Below, piece after piece: positions 37,199 to 49,423 of a stretch of DNA of 64,000 nucleotides. A program made the translations under genes and the position numbers. This DNA is from Crocinitomicaceae bacterium (GTDB taxonomy: Bacteria > Bacteroidota > Bacteroidia > Flavobacteriales_D > Crocinitomicaceae). Numbering within the stretch: the first letter of the stretch is position 1; each line of letters starts with the position of its first letter. The stretch covers positions 18,463 through 82,462 of the forward strand of contig JBIIAG010000010.1 in the NCBI GenBank assembly GCA_044240055.1, written 5' to 3'. The notes beneath the pieces were generated by a model. That model saw only the letters and a list, made by a program, of their open reading frames with translations. It was not told the origin of the DNA and made no database searches.

Positions 37199-38938
37199 TT
37201 ATTCCGGCTTAGATTCAAATCCTTTATAATCTAAAATATATCCAGCAGTGTTTTGAAATCCATTACCTACCCCCTGTTGAATCAGTTGGTAATTACTAAT
37301 GATTCCTGTTTGCTTATTGGTTTGACTGATTAACTGTCTACAAATCATTAAGGTTGCGTCATAACCCAAACAAGCCATTCGAGTCAAATCAGACGAATAG
37401 GTTCTTCTGTATTTTTTGTGAAATGCCATTATATTGGGAGAATGATAGGAGAAATAAGTTGGACTAGCATAAGTAAACGCGTACGTGTTTTCTATCGTTC
37501 CACTTACTTCTTTCCACTCTAACCATTCTTTCAGTCCGAAAATTTGAACATGCTCATTAGACTTATATTTCTCTAACAAGGACAATACTTTTGCTTTATC
37601 CGTGCATAACACTACATAAATAATGTTCTCATTCATGAATTCATATTGCTTGTAATTTTTCCAAGTTGCCTCGATGATTTTCGCTTTTGAAATAGAAGAT
37701 GGAACATTGCGAAATGCCGTTAAAAACAACTGATCTAATTTTACATCCACTTCAGACTCACCCTTGATAAGCACCACTGTTTGATCATTGAAGTGCTGAT
37801 GTACACTCAAAGCCATTTGATCCATGAGATTTGAAGACGAGGGAGAAAGACAAATGGCATTTGGATTCCCGATGAGCTCACTTTCCTTCATCGCAACGGG
37901 AAAAGCAACGGTTAACTCATTCTTGCGTGCAAATGCACTTACCACTTCTGCTTCTCTTTGTTGCAAAGGAGAAAAAATAACATCCATGTTTAACAATTCT
38001 GGTTTAGCCAAAATCGCCGATAAATTTTCCGTAGCCGACTCATAATCATACACATGAAAAGTAGCATTTAATCCAAGATGGTTCAATGAATCCATGGCTA
38101 ATTTTGCTCCCATATAATATTCCAATGCCGCATTGGACACAAAACGGTTATACGTTGCTGTTGAATCTAGATTCAACGGTAAAAAAAGTGCAATTTCAAA
38201 TGATTTTCTTGCTTGAAACTGCAATTCATCCTTCATTTCCTCTTCTTTTTTCGGTGGAACTGGACGAATTTGAACGAGCTCGACTTTCTCCTTTTTAATG
38301 GGGATTTTCACGGTTTGTCCAGGATTTACACGACTTGATTTCAAGTTATTCAATGCTTGAAGCTCAGGAACGGGAACCATAAATCGCTTGGAAAGCGTGT
38401 AAAGTGATTCTTGTGGTAAAACAACATGTGAAACGACGGCATCAGAGAAGGAAATTTTAAATTTCGCTTGTGCAGCTGGACTTGGTTTTGGTATTTCTTG
38501 TTGTCTTACATCTGGTAAGGTTACCATTCGGTCTGTTTGAATCTGCGCTACCGCATTCGGAATGGTTAATCGTTGATTCAACTTCAAACCATTTTTTGCT
38601 GATGGATTATATTTTACAATACTATCCATTGACACGTCGTACATTCGAGAAACAGCATACAACGTTTCCTTTTCGATAACCGTATGTTTTACCGTGCGTC
38701 GTTGAACAGGAATAAACACCACTTCTCCGGTGGTGAATCCACGTTCAATTCCAGGATTCATGTTTAAGATATCTTCCGCTGGGCACGCATACATTTGCTG
38801 AAGCCCGTATAGATTATTCCCATCCGCTACAGTGTGAACGTAACATTTTTTACCTTCTCGTTCTGTAATTTGAGCATATTGCTGTCCATAAACGAACAAT
38901 GTACTAAACAACAAAAAGAACAACAAGGATTTTTTCAT
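37199..38938 (-). CDS. secreted protein with three LysM domains and a C-terminal periplasmic-binding-protein (type 1)-like domain
   Basis: Start refined by ORF-track arithmetic to the ATG giving MKKSLLFFLLFSTLFVYGQ. The three LysM repeats are YVHTVADGNNLYGLQQMY..., HTVIEKETLYAVSRMYDV... and HVVLPQESLYTLSKRFMV.... The C-terminal ~330 aa looks like an alpha/beta binding-protein fold. Confidence 0.7.
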   Translation of the reverse strand: MKKSLLFFLLFSTLFVYGQQYAQITEREGKKCYVHTVADGNNLYGLQQMYACPAEDILNMNPGIERGFTTGEVVFIPVQRRTVKHTVIEKETLYAVSRMYDVSMDSIVKYNPSAKNGLKLNQRLTIPNAVAQIQTDRMVTLPDVRQQEIPKPSPAAQAKFKISFSDAVVSHVVLPQESLYTLSKRFMVPVPELQALNNLKSSRVNPGQTVKIPIKKEKVELVQIRPVPPKKEEEMKDELQFQARKSFEIALFLPLNLDSTATYNRFVSNAALEYYMGAKLAMDSLNHLGLNATFHVYDYESATENLSAILAKPELLNMDVIFSPLQQREAEVVSAFARKNELTVAFPVAMKESELIGNPNAICLSPSSSNLMDQMALSVHQHFNDQTVVLIKGESEVDVKLDQLFLTAFRNVPSSISKAKIIEATWKNYKQYEFMNENIIYVVLCTDKAKVLSLLEKYKSNEHVQIFGLKEWLEWKEVSGTIENTYAFTYASPTYFSYHSPNIMAFHKKYRRTYSSDLTRMACLGYDATLMICRQLISQTNKQTGIISNYQLIQQGVGNGFQNTAGYILDYKGFESKPE

Positions 38939-38948
38939 GTAAAGAAGA

Positions 38949-40481
38949 TTATTCCCATTCAATAGTTGCCGGTGGCTTGGAACTAATGTCGTATGTAACA
39001 CGGTTAATTCCTTTTACTTGATTGATGATTCTGTTCGATATTTTCGCCAAGAATTCATATGGTAAATGACACCAATCTGCTGTCATTCCATCCGTAGATG
39101 TTACTGCTCTTAAAGCAACTGCATTTTCATATGTTCTTTCATCTCCCATGACACCAACAGATTGAATCGGTAAGAATATTGCTCCAGCTTGCCAAACATC
39201 ATCGTACAATCCATCCTCTTTTAGTCCATCAATGAAAATGGCATCAACATCTTGCAATATGCGTACTTTTTCCGCACTCACTTCTCCTAAAATTCGGATT
39301 CCAAGTCCAGGACCTGGAAACGGATGACGTCCCAGAATGCGCTCATCAATTTCTAGTGAACGTCCAATTCGACGAACCTCATCTTTAAACAATAAACGCA
39401 ATGGTTCTACTACCTGTAATTTCATGTAATCTGGAAGTCCGCCAACATTATGGTGAGACTTTATCGTTTGTGAAGGTCCACCCGTAGCTGAAACGGACTC
39501 AATCACATCAGGATAGATTGTTCCTTGTCCGAGCCACTTTGCCCCTTCCACTTTTTTAGATTCTTCATCAAAAACATCAATAAACACTTTACCAATGGCC
39601 TTGCGTTTTAGTTCAGGATCGCTTAGTCCACTTAAAGCCGCATAGAATTGACTAGAAGCATCCACTCCTTTTACATTTAATCCCATTCCTTTGTAGGATT
39701 CCAATACAGACTGGTATTCGTTCTTGCGAAGAAGACCATTATCAACAAAAATACAATGTAGATTTTCTCCAATCGCTTTGTGTAATAGAACGGCCGCAAC
39801 AGATGAATCCACGCCACCTGAAAGTCCGAGGATAACCTTGTCATCACCTAACTGCTCACGTAAACGTGCTGTTGTTTCTTCTACAAAAGAATCTGGAGTC
39901 CAATCACACGCGCAATGACAAATGTCCACGATGTAATTTTGCAAAAGAATCTTTCCTTCTGTTGAGTGATAAACTTCTGGATGAAATTGTATCCCGTATG
40001 TTTCTTCACCTTCGATATGGTATCCAGCAATTTCTACATCAGATGTACTCGCAATGATTTTGTAGTTGCTTGGAATTTTTTTAATGGTATCTCCATGAGA
40101 CATCCACACTTGAGAACCGTTTGTCATTCCTTTTGTAAGGATGTGACTTTCATCCACGTAAGATAAATGAGCACGGCCATATTCACGAATACTTGAAGGC
40201 AAAACTTCACCTCCAAAATGATGAGACAGATACTGCGCACCAAAACAAACACCTAAAAGTGGTAGTTTGCCTTTGATAGCATCTAGATTTGGTCTTGGAG
40301 AAGCTTCATCACGCACGGAAAAAGGACTTCCGGAAAGAATTACTCCTTTCACATTTGTGCCAATTTCCGGAATTTTATTCCACGGATGGATTTCACAATA
40401 AACATTCAACTCACGGATTCTACGCGCAATGAGCTGCGTATATTGAGATCCAAAATCTAAAATTAATATCATTTCATGCAT
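38949..40481 (-). CDS. guaA: GMP synthase (glutamine-hydrolysing)
   Basis: 510 aa. GATase motif [13 protein letters not shown]-PPase P-loop [10 protein letters not shown]. The C-terminus PPATIEWE is canonical. Confidence 0.97.
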   Translation of the reverse strand: MHEMILILDFGSQYTQLIARRIRELNVYCEIHPWNKIPEIGTNVKGVILSGSPFSVRDEASPRPNLDAIKGKLPLLGVCFGAQYLSHHFGGEVLPSSIREYGRAHLSYVDESHILTKGMTNGSQVWMSHGDTIKKIPSNYKIIASTSDVEIAGYHIEGEETYGIQFHPEVYHSTEGKILLQNYIVDICHCACDWTPDSFVEETTARLREQLGDDKVILGLSGGVDSSVAAVLLHKAIGENLHCIFVDNGLLRKNEYQSVLESYKGMGLNVKGVDASSQFYAALSGLSDPELKRKAIGKVFIDVFDEESKKVEGAKWLGQGTIYPDVIESVSATGGPSQTIKSHHNVGGLPDYMKLQVVEPLRLLFKDEVRRIGRSLEIDERILGRHPFPGPGLGIRILGEVSAEKVRILQDVDAIFIDGLKEDGLYDDVWQAGAIFLPIQSVGVMGDERTYENAVALRAVTSTDGMTADWCHLPYEFLAKISNRIINQVKGINRVTYDISSKPPATIEWE

Positions 40482-40631
40482 GGGGCAAAGATAAGCATTA
40501 TTGCTAATTAGCCACCTCCGAAGCTTTGTTGATTTTTAGGCAATAAACCCTGCGAAACAACATTGTATTATTTTCTTATGAATAGTTGCAATTCAACCTA
40601 GTGAATGTCCTTAAGATTAACTAGAATTGAT

Positions 40632-40639
40632 TAACTTTG
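40632..40639 (+). promoter_or_regulatory. Bacteroidota -7 box (TAnnTTTG) upstream of secA
   Basis: TAACTTTG lies about 25 nt upstream of the secA ATG at 40664. Confidence 0.4.
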
Positions 40640-40663
40640 GTGCTTGCATTAAAGAGAAAAACA

Positions 40664-43600
40664 ATGATTGGAGATATCTTAAAATCCATTTTTGGAGATA
40701 AGAACGCGAAAGACAAGAAATTATACTGGCCTTACGTAGAGTTAGCAAATGCTGCTCATGAACACATAAAAACTTTATCTGACGAGGAATTACGTCAAAA
40801 ATCACGCGAATTCCAACACCAAATTCGTGAGGAAAAGGCAAGCCTTGAACAGCAGTTGGCAGATTTGCGCACCAAAGCAGAGAGCATTGAAACAAGTATC
40901 AACGAGAAAGAAGATTTATTCGATCGCATCGATAAATTAGAAAAAGAAGTTGATGCCCAAATCGAAGAAACACTAATTAAAATCCTTCCGGAAGCATTCG
41001 CTGTTGTGAAAGAAACAGCATATCGTTGGGCTTCAAACGGACAATTAGTCGTAACTGCTGAAGCATTTGACATTGACTTATCTAAGAAAAAAGACGGAAT
41101 CACCATTGATGGCGATAAAGCGATTTGGCATAATGAATGGACCGCTGCAGGTGGACACATCAAGTGGAACATGGTACATTACGATGTTCAATTAATGGGT
41201 GGAGCTGTATTGCACAAAGGAAATATTTCTGAAATGCAAACAGGTGAAGGAAAAACTTTGGTAGCAACCTTACCAGTTTACTTAAATGCACTTGCAGGAA
41301 AAGGTGTACACATTGTAACCGTTAATGATTACTTAGCAAAACGCGACTCTGAATGGATGGGTCCATTGTATCAATTCCATGGATTAAGCGTGGATTGCAT
41401 CGATAAACACCGTCCAAACTCCAAAGAAAGAAGACAAGCATATCTTGCGGATATTACCTTTGGAACAAATAACGAATTTGGTTTCGATTACTTGCGTGAC
41501 AACATGGCCGGACACATAGATGATTTGGTACAACGCAAACATCATTTTGCGATCGTCGATGAGGTCGATTCGGTATTGATTGATGATGCGCGTACGCCAT
41601 TGATTATTTCCGGTCCAACACCGAAAGGTGACGAACACGAATTCCACGAATTGAAACCACGCATCGAACGTGTAGTGGACGCTCAAAAACAATATGTGCA
41701 ACAATGCTTGGCTGAAGCAAAGAAATTATTGACCGTAATCAACGAAGCTCCAGAGGATAAAAACGAAGCGAAGCGCATGTTGGAAGAAGGTGGAATAGCT
41801 TTACTAAGAGCTCACCGAGGATTGCCAAAAAACCGCACACTCATTAAGTTTTTGTCTGAACCTGGAATCAAAGTTCACCTTCAAAAAACGGAGAATTTTT
41901 ACATGTCCGAGCAAGGTAAAAACATGAAAAAAATCGACGCAGAATTGTTTTTTGTGATTGATGAAAAAAATAATACGATTGAACTTACAGATAAAGGAAT
42001 TGATTTGGTGTCTGGAAAAGATGACCGTAATTTCTTCGTTATGCCAGATATCAGTGATGAAATCGCCAAATTGCAAAAACAAAACCTAGAGAAAGAATCA
42101 TACCTCGAACAAAAAGATGGATTAGTTCGTGAATACTCGATTAAGTCGGAACGCATTCACTCCATCAACCAATTGTTGAAAGCGTATACACTTTTCGAAA
42201 AAGAAGTGGAATATGTCATCCTTGATGGAAAAGTAAAAATTGTAGATGAGTCTACTGGACGTATCCTAGAAGGACGACGTTATTCAGATGGATTGCACCA
42301 AGCGATTGAAGCAAAAGAAAATGTAGAAGTTGAAGCTGCTACACAAACGTACGCAACGGTGACTTTACAAAATTACTTCCGTATGTACCACAAACTTGCG
42401 GGTATGACAGGAACAGCAGAAACGGAAGCAAAAGAATTCTGGGATATCTATAAACTAGATGTAGTCATCGTTCCAACAAACAGAGCCGTGTCTCGTAAAG
42501 ATCAAGACGATTTCGTTTACAAATCCGCACGTGAAAAATACAATGCGGTGATTTTAGAAGTAGAGGAATTAGTTGCCGCTGGACGTCCAGTTCTTGTCGG
42601 TACAACGACCGTGGAAATTTCTGAATTGGTTTCTAGAATGCTTCAAATGAAGAAAATCCCACACCAAGTATTGAATGCTAAATACCACCAAAAAGAGGCG
42701 GAAATTGTTGCAAATGCTGGACTAGCAGGTGCAGTAACGATTGCAACGAATATGGCTGGACGTGGAACCGATATCAAATTAGGTGAAGGCGTGAAAGAAG
42801 CTGGTGGACTTGCGATCATTGGAACGGAACGTCATGACTCACGTCGCGTGGATCGTCAGTTAAGAGGTCGCGCAGGACGTCAAGGAGATCCGGGTTCGTC
42901 TCGTTTCTTTGTCTCATTAGAAGATGATTTGATGCGTAAGTTTGGTTCAGAACGAATTGCAAAACTCATGGACCGTATGGGACTGAAAGAAGGTGAAGTA
43001 ATCTCTGCCGGAATGGTTTCTAAATCAATTGAGCGCGCACAGAAAAAGGTAGAAGAAAACAACTTTGGTGTGCGTAAAAACTTATTGGAATACGATGACG
43101 TAATGAACGCTCAACGTAAAGCAATCTACAAAAAACGTAAAAATGCACTATTCGGTGATCGCTTAGACATCGATATTGATAATATGTTCTTTGAATTGTG
43201 TGAGACAACGGTTAAACATCACAGCGGATCAGAATTCAATGACTTTGAAATGGAATTATTGCGCATAATTGGAATTGAATCTCCCATTAGCGCTGAGGAA
43301 TTTGAGAAAATCAGTAAGGAAGATTTGACGGAAAAGATTTATGCTTCCATGAAGGAATCTTATGAGCGCAAATGTGAGAAAATTGCGAACAGAGCCTTGC
43401 CACAAATCAAGCATGTACACGAAAACCTATCCGACAAATACAAAGACATGGTCTTCCCATTGTCAGATGGTCGTCGTGAGTTGCAATTAATTGTCAATAT
43501 CGAAGAAGCATACAAATCTGAAGGGAAACTCATTTCAAAAGCGTTCGAGAAAAATGTGATTTTATCCAAAATCGACGATGAATGGAAAGAACATTTACGT

Positions 43601-44008
43601 GAGATGGATGAATTACGTTCTGCTGTTCGAAATGCTTCCTATGAGCAAAAAGATCCACTTGTTGTGTACAAATTGGAATCGTATGAATTGTTCCGTTCTA
43701 TGTTGAATCGCTTAAACGAAGAAGCGGTTGAAATGTTGATGAAACTCGATGTGCCTATTGAACAAGCTGTTCAAGGTACAAACCAGGAATCGCGTCAAAA
43801 TAACTACCAACAAGCGCAAACAAATCAATCGACCTCGTCTACACCTACTCCATCTTTCGAAGGACGACAAGGTTACGATGAAGCGATAGCTAATTCTATG
43901 CCGCAAGCGGAAAAACGTCAACCTATCATCGCTGAACCGAAAGTGAATCGAAATGATGCGTGTCCTTGTGGAAGCGGAAAGAAATACAAACAGTGTCACG
44001 GTAAATAA
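40664..44008 (+). CDS. secA: preprotein translocase ATPase SecA
   Basis: Start refined to MIGDILKSIFGDKN. Walker A reads MQTGEGKT. The DEAD-like motif is DEVDSVLIDDARTPLIISG. The C-terminal zinc finger is CPCGSGKKYKQCHG. Confidence 0.97.
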   Translation: MIGDILKSIFGDKNAKDKKLYWPYVELANAAHEHIKTLSDEELRQKSREFQHQIREEKASLEQQLADLRTKAESIETSINEKEDLFDRIDKLEKEVDAQIEETLIKILPEAFAVVKETAYRWASNGQLVVTAEAFDIDLSKKKDGITIDGDKAIWHNEWTAAGGHIKWNMVHYDVQLMGGAVLHKGNISEMQTGEGKTLVATLPVYLNALAGKGVHIVTVNDYLAKRDSEWMGPLYQFHGLSVDCIDKHRPNSKERRQAYLADITFGTNNEFGFDYLRDNMAGHIDDLVQRKHHFAIVDEVDSVLIDDARTPLIISGPTPKGDEHEFHELKPRIERVVDAQKQYVQQCLAEAKKLLTVINEAPEDKNEAKRMLEEGGIALLRAHRGLPKNRTLIKFLSEPGIKVHLQKTENFYMSEQGKNMKKIDAELFFVIDEKNNTIELTDKGIDLVSGKDDRNFFVMPDISDEIAKLQKQNLEKESYLEQKDGLVREYSIKSERIHSINQLLKAYTLFEKEVEYVILDGKVKIVDESTGRILEGRRYSDGLHQAIEAKENVEVEAATQTYATVTLQNYFRMYHKLAGMTGTAETEAKEFWDIYKLDVVIVPTNRAVSRKDQDDFVYKSAREKYNAVILEVEELVAAGRPVLVGTTTVEISELVSRMLQMKKIPHQVLNAKYHQKEAEIVANAGLAGAVTIATNMAGRGTDIKLGEGVKEAGGLAIIGTERHDSRRVDRQLRGRAGRQGDPGSSRFFVSLEDDLMRKFGSERIAKLMDRMGLKEGEVISAGMVSKSIERAQKKVEENNFGVRKNLLEYDDVMNAQRKAIYKKRKNALFGDRLDIDIDNMFFELCETTVKHHSGSEFNDFEMELLRIIGIESPISAEEFEKISKEDLTEKIYASMKESYERKCEKIANRALPQIKHVHENLSDKYKDMVFPLSDGRRELQLIVNIEEAYKSEGKLISKAFEKNVILSKIDDEWKEHLREMDELRSAVRNASYEQKDPLVVYKLESYELFRSMLNRLNEEAVEMLMKLDVPIEQAVQGTNQESRQNNYQQAQTNQSTSSTPTPSFEGRQGYDEAIANSMPQAEKRQPIIAEPKVNRNDACPCGSGKKYKQCHGK

Positions 44009-44778
44009 TGGTGAACGAAAGAAAGATGCGTGTCGCTTTCATTGGCTCTGGAAAAGTTGCCACCGAACTTGCACTTATCTTTCGCTTTCATGGAATTGAA
44101 ATTACCGGTATATCAAGTAGAAATCACTTGAGTGGAACTGCGCTTTCGTCCCGTTTGAATTGTCCATTTGTGGAAGACCCAAACGATTTAGGGGCAGAAT
44201 TAATTATTATAGCAACCAATGATTCTTCGGTTAGAGCATTAAATCAATCACTTAAGAAGGAATCATTTGTTGTATATACTGCAGGCGCAGTGAATTTAGC
44301 CGATTTCCCAAATAAAAATTGGGGAGTGTTTTATCCGCTGCAAACATTCACAGAAAACCGCCATTTAACGATTGACGAAGTACCCATATTATTAGAATCA
44401 AATTCTTTTGAGCTTCGGGATAAACTTGAATCACTTTGCAAGTCAATTGGACTTCAATTTGATTATTGTTCTTCGGAAGACAGACAGAAATATCACCTAG
44501 CGGCAGTTTATGTGAATAATTTTGTCAATCACTTAATATACAAAGCACAAGTTCAATTGCTAGAAAGTAAGTTAAACTGGAACATGTTAAAACCTTTAAT
44601 TGAAGAAACAATTGCTAAACTAGACGACCTTACTGCCTTCGATGCACAAACTGGACCAGCGAGAAGGAATGACAAAAGTACCATTCAGACCCACCAATCT
44701 TTATTAAATAATGAAGAGTTAAACATGTATAATGTACTCACGAATAGCATTCAAAACACCTACAACAACCATGACTAG
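44008..44778 (+). CDS. Rossmann-like / DUF2520 domain protein
   Basis: RVAFIGSGKVATELA dinucleotide-binding N-terminus, with a C-terminal AQTGPARRND motif. The ATG overlaps the secA stop by 1 nt. An alternative start is MRVAFIG at 44026. Confidence 0.6.
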   Translation: MVNERKMRVAFIGSGKVATELALIFRFHGIEITGISSRNHLSGTALSSRLNCPFVEDPNDLGAELIIIATNDSSVRALNQSLKKESFVVYTAGAVNLADFPNKNWGVFYPLQTFTENRHLTIDEVPILLESNSFELRDKLESLCKSIGLQFDYCSSEDRQKYHLAAVYVNNFVNHLIYKAQVQLLESKLNWNMLKPLIEETIAKLDDLTAFDAQTGPARRNDKSTIQTHQSLLNNEELNMYNVLTNSIQNTYNNHD

Positions 44779-45289
44779 TTACAAACATGCATTGAACAAT
44801 ATAAATACCTTTATTTTCGATGTAGATGGTGTTTTCACAGATGGAAAAGTTTATCTGCTGAAAGATGAAATCGTTCGCACCTTAAATTCAAAAGATGGGT
44901 ATGCCGTTCAATACGCAGCAAAAATGGGCTATAAAATCTTTGCCATTACAGGAGGGAATTCAACGGAAGTTCGAGATCGATTACTCGGGTTAGGAATGAA
45001 TCGCGTATACCTAAGTGCGCACAGAAAAATGATTTGTTACGAGGAAATCAAGGCAGAATTTAACTTAACCGATCAAGAAATCGCCTACATGGGAGACGAC
45101 ATCCCGGATATCCCTGTGTTAAAAGTTGCCGGACTTTCAGCTTGTCCTCAAGATGCGGTCAGCGATGTGAAGAGCATTGTCGATTATCAAAGTCCATTTG
45201 ATGGAGGAAAAACCTGTGTCCGAGATATCATCGAACAAACATTACGCGTTCAAGGGAAATGGATGAGTGAGCTTGCTTTTCAATGGTAA
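44771..45289 (+). CDS. kdsC: 3-deoxy-D-manno-octulosonate-8-phosphate phosphatase (HAD-IIIA, YrbI family)
   Basis: Start refined to MTSYKHALNNINTFIFDVDGVFTDGKVYL. HAD motifs are FDVDGV, ITGG and MGDDIPDIPV. Confidence 0.85.
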   Translation: MTSYKHALNNINTFIFDVDGVFTDGKVYLLKDEIVRTLNSKDGYAVQYAAKMGYKIFAITGGNSTEVRDRLLGLGMNRVYLSAHRKMICYEEIKAEFNLTDQEIAYMGDDIPDIPVLKVAGLSACPQDAVSDVKSIVDYQSPFDGGKTCVRDIIEQTLRVQGKWMSELAFQW

Positions 45290-45291
45290 AT

Positions 45292-46325
45292 CTAATCGAT
45301 CTGACTGATTTCTTCTAATAATTGAAACTGATTTCTTGCTCTACGCAAGTTGTGATTTTCGTCCTCCACCCAATAATATTGATCCCCAATTAAGTAATCG
45401 CTTAGAAAACGTAGGCCCTGAATATAAATCACTGCCTTTGCTCCCAAAAGAAAATGTTCCCGTTCTAAATCACTAAGATGGTCGTTCATTGGACCTTGAA
45501 CATACCCATTAATTAATTCCTTTAATATGAGCGGATTAAACACATTCTCCTGCTGTGTATCCTCTGTTCCAACTTGACAAAAAGAACGAACCATATCCCC
45601 GAAATCATAGAGAATACTTCCCACCATGATGGTGTCCCAATCAATAAGTGCACGAACCTCCACCCCATTTGAATCAAATAAAAAATTACTTAATTTGGGA
45701 TCCGCATGTATGATTCGCTTCGGAATCTTTGGCAATAATGCAAGGTATCGTGTTAATACCTCCTCGTACTCCACCATTTTCTTAATCAAATAACTAGCTT
45801 GAGTTCGACGGTATGGAATAGCGACTTTTAAAGAATGTTGATAATCTTTTCTTCTCTTATTGAAATCTAGAAACCCCGGAATGCTTTCTTGGATTTGATT
45901 TTTTGGGAAGTCTAGTAAGTAGGAGTGAAATTCACTCAACGCCTTCGCTGCCTCGAATGCCTGTACATTCTTCGTGAGGACATCTAAACTTTTACTTGGA
46001 TGAATGGCATGAAACATGCGCCATGTTTGTCCTTTATGGTCTTGAAGCAAATAATTTTGATCGGCATTTTTTACAAGCGTTAAACACGATTTTGGATAGC
46101 CTTTTTTTTCTAAAAACTGTGCAATACGCAGTTGATTCATCACTACCAAGTTTGGATTGCTAAATACATGAGTGTTCACTCCTTGAAGAACATAAAACGC
46201 ATCGTTCATTGCCTCAACTAAAAATGTTTTGTGGATGAGGCCGCCTTTTAATAGACTAATCCGCTGGACTTTTGTCTCCAGGGACTTTAAAAAGTCGTTC
46301 GCTACCGATCGTTCCAATTGCCTAT

Positions 46326-46329
<4 letters not shown>
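45292..46329 (-). CDS. APH-fold sugar/small-molecule kinase (NahK/AmgK-like anomeric N-acetylhexosamine kinase candidate)
   Basis: Start refined to an ATG that forms an ATGA overlap with the upstream stop. The Brenner-type catalytic motif is IIHADPKLSNFLFD, followed by LIDWDTIMVG. Length is about 345 aa, typical of NahK/AmgK. Confidence 0.6.
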
Positions 46330-48603
<2,274 letters not shown>

Positions 48604-48643
48604 CTAAAAAAGTTCAGCCGATAGGTCGAACATACCGGCTGAA
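48604..48643 (-). terminator. Rho-independent terminator closing the dab/sulP operon
   Basis: Minus-strand transcript: TTCAGCCG - 15-nt loop - CGGCTGAA, followed by CTTTTTT. It lies about 20 nt past the stop at 48665. Confidence 0.6.
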
Positions 48644-48664
48644 TTATGCTTAAAAAGCATGGAT

Positions 48665-49423
48665 TTATTTTTTAGTAAAATCCAAATTATAGCTTGTAGA
48701 AATCCACAAAGTATGGTTTCGCTCCATTTTTAATCCATCCGCTTTTACAACGAACTGATTCAAGTAACCCACTTGAACATTGAAATTCTTGTCGAAACGC
48801 CATCCCAAAGCTGCAATGAATCGATTTTGGTCCATGATGTTTTTCCCAATTCCAGAACCGAACCCTAAAAACACCTCATCGTTCACATTCAAGAACAAGG
48901 TGTGATCAGTCAGTTCTTTTCGCGACAATGGTATCATGGCAATGGCTCTGTAGCGCAAGCGCTGACGAAAAATCGGATCCACTTGAACGGTATTATTCGC
49001 CGCGTTATTCGCATATTGCTCCATGAAACGTTGTTCCAAACGATATCGGTGTTGCACTTCTACGTTACCGATTTTACTTTTTAAATTTACTTGTTCAAAA
49101 ATTCGGTTTTCGTCAAACACATGAATAATCGGCTGTTCCCCGTATGGAAAAGTTTTTACCCAAGCATATCCAGCCATAACTGAAACATTTGGATTCACTT
49201 GGTATTCCAATCCGAAACGCAATAGAGATTGCTGCCAAGTCTTGAACCCATCCGCTCGACGCCATTGGTATTCCGTCATCAAACTAAATTTTTCCGTCAG
49301 TTTATGGGTTCCAACATACATCGCCCATCCATGCGTTTGTGGACTAATTACTTTTTGGGCAAACATCGTGGTTGGGCAATAGATTCCAACTAAAATCGCG
49401 AGGGTCATTCCAATTTTACTCAT
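48665..49423 (-). CDS. secreted beta-barrel protein (DUF2490-like)
   Basis: Signal peptide ending MFAQ. Amphipathic strand periodicity rich in Y/W/R (RFGLEYQVNPNVSVMAGYAWV, RYRLEQRF, LRYRAIAMIPL). The start overlaps the sulP stop by 4 nt. Confidence 0.5.
   Translation of the reverse strand: MSKIGMTLAILVGIYCPTTMFAQKVISPQTHGWAMYVGTHKLTEKFSLMTEYQWRRADGFKTWQQSLLRFGLEYQVNPNVSVMAGYAWVKTFPYGEQPIIHVFDENRIFEQVNLKSKIGNVEVQHRYRLEQRFMEQYANNAANNTVQVDPIFRQRLRYRAIAMIPLSRKELTDHTLFLNVNDEVFLGFGSGIGKNIMDQNRFIAALGWRFDKNFNVQVGYLNQFVVKADGLKMERNHTLWISTSYNLDFTKK

Noticed and set aside
38939-39001. N-terminal extension of the LysM protein ORF (GTG at 39001) overlapping the guaA 3' end
   Set aside because: The extension precedes a perfect signal peptide that starts at an internal ATG (MKKSLLFF...). 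It would also overlap guaA by about 50 nt, so the internal start is preferred. My hand base-count here disagreed with the ORF track by 1 nt, so I relied on track arithmetic.
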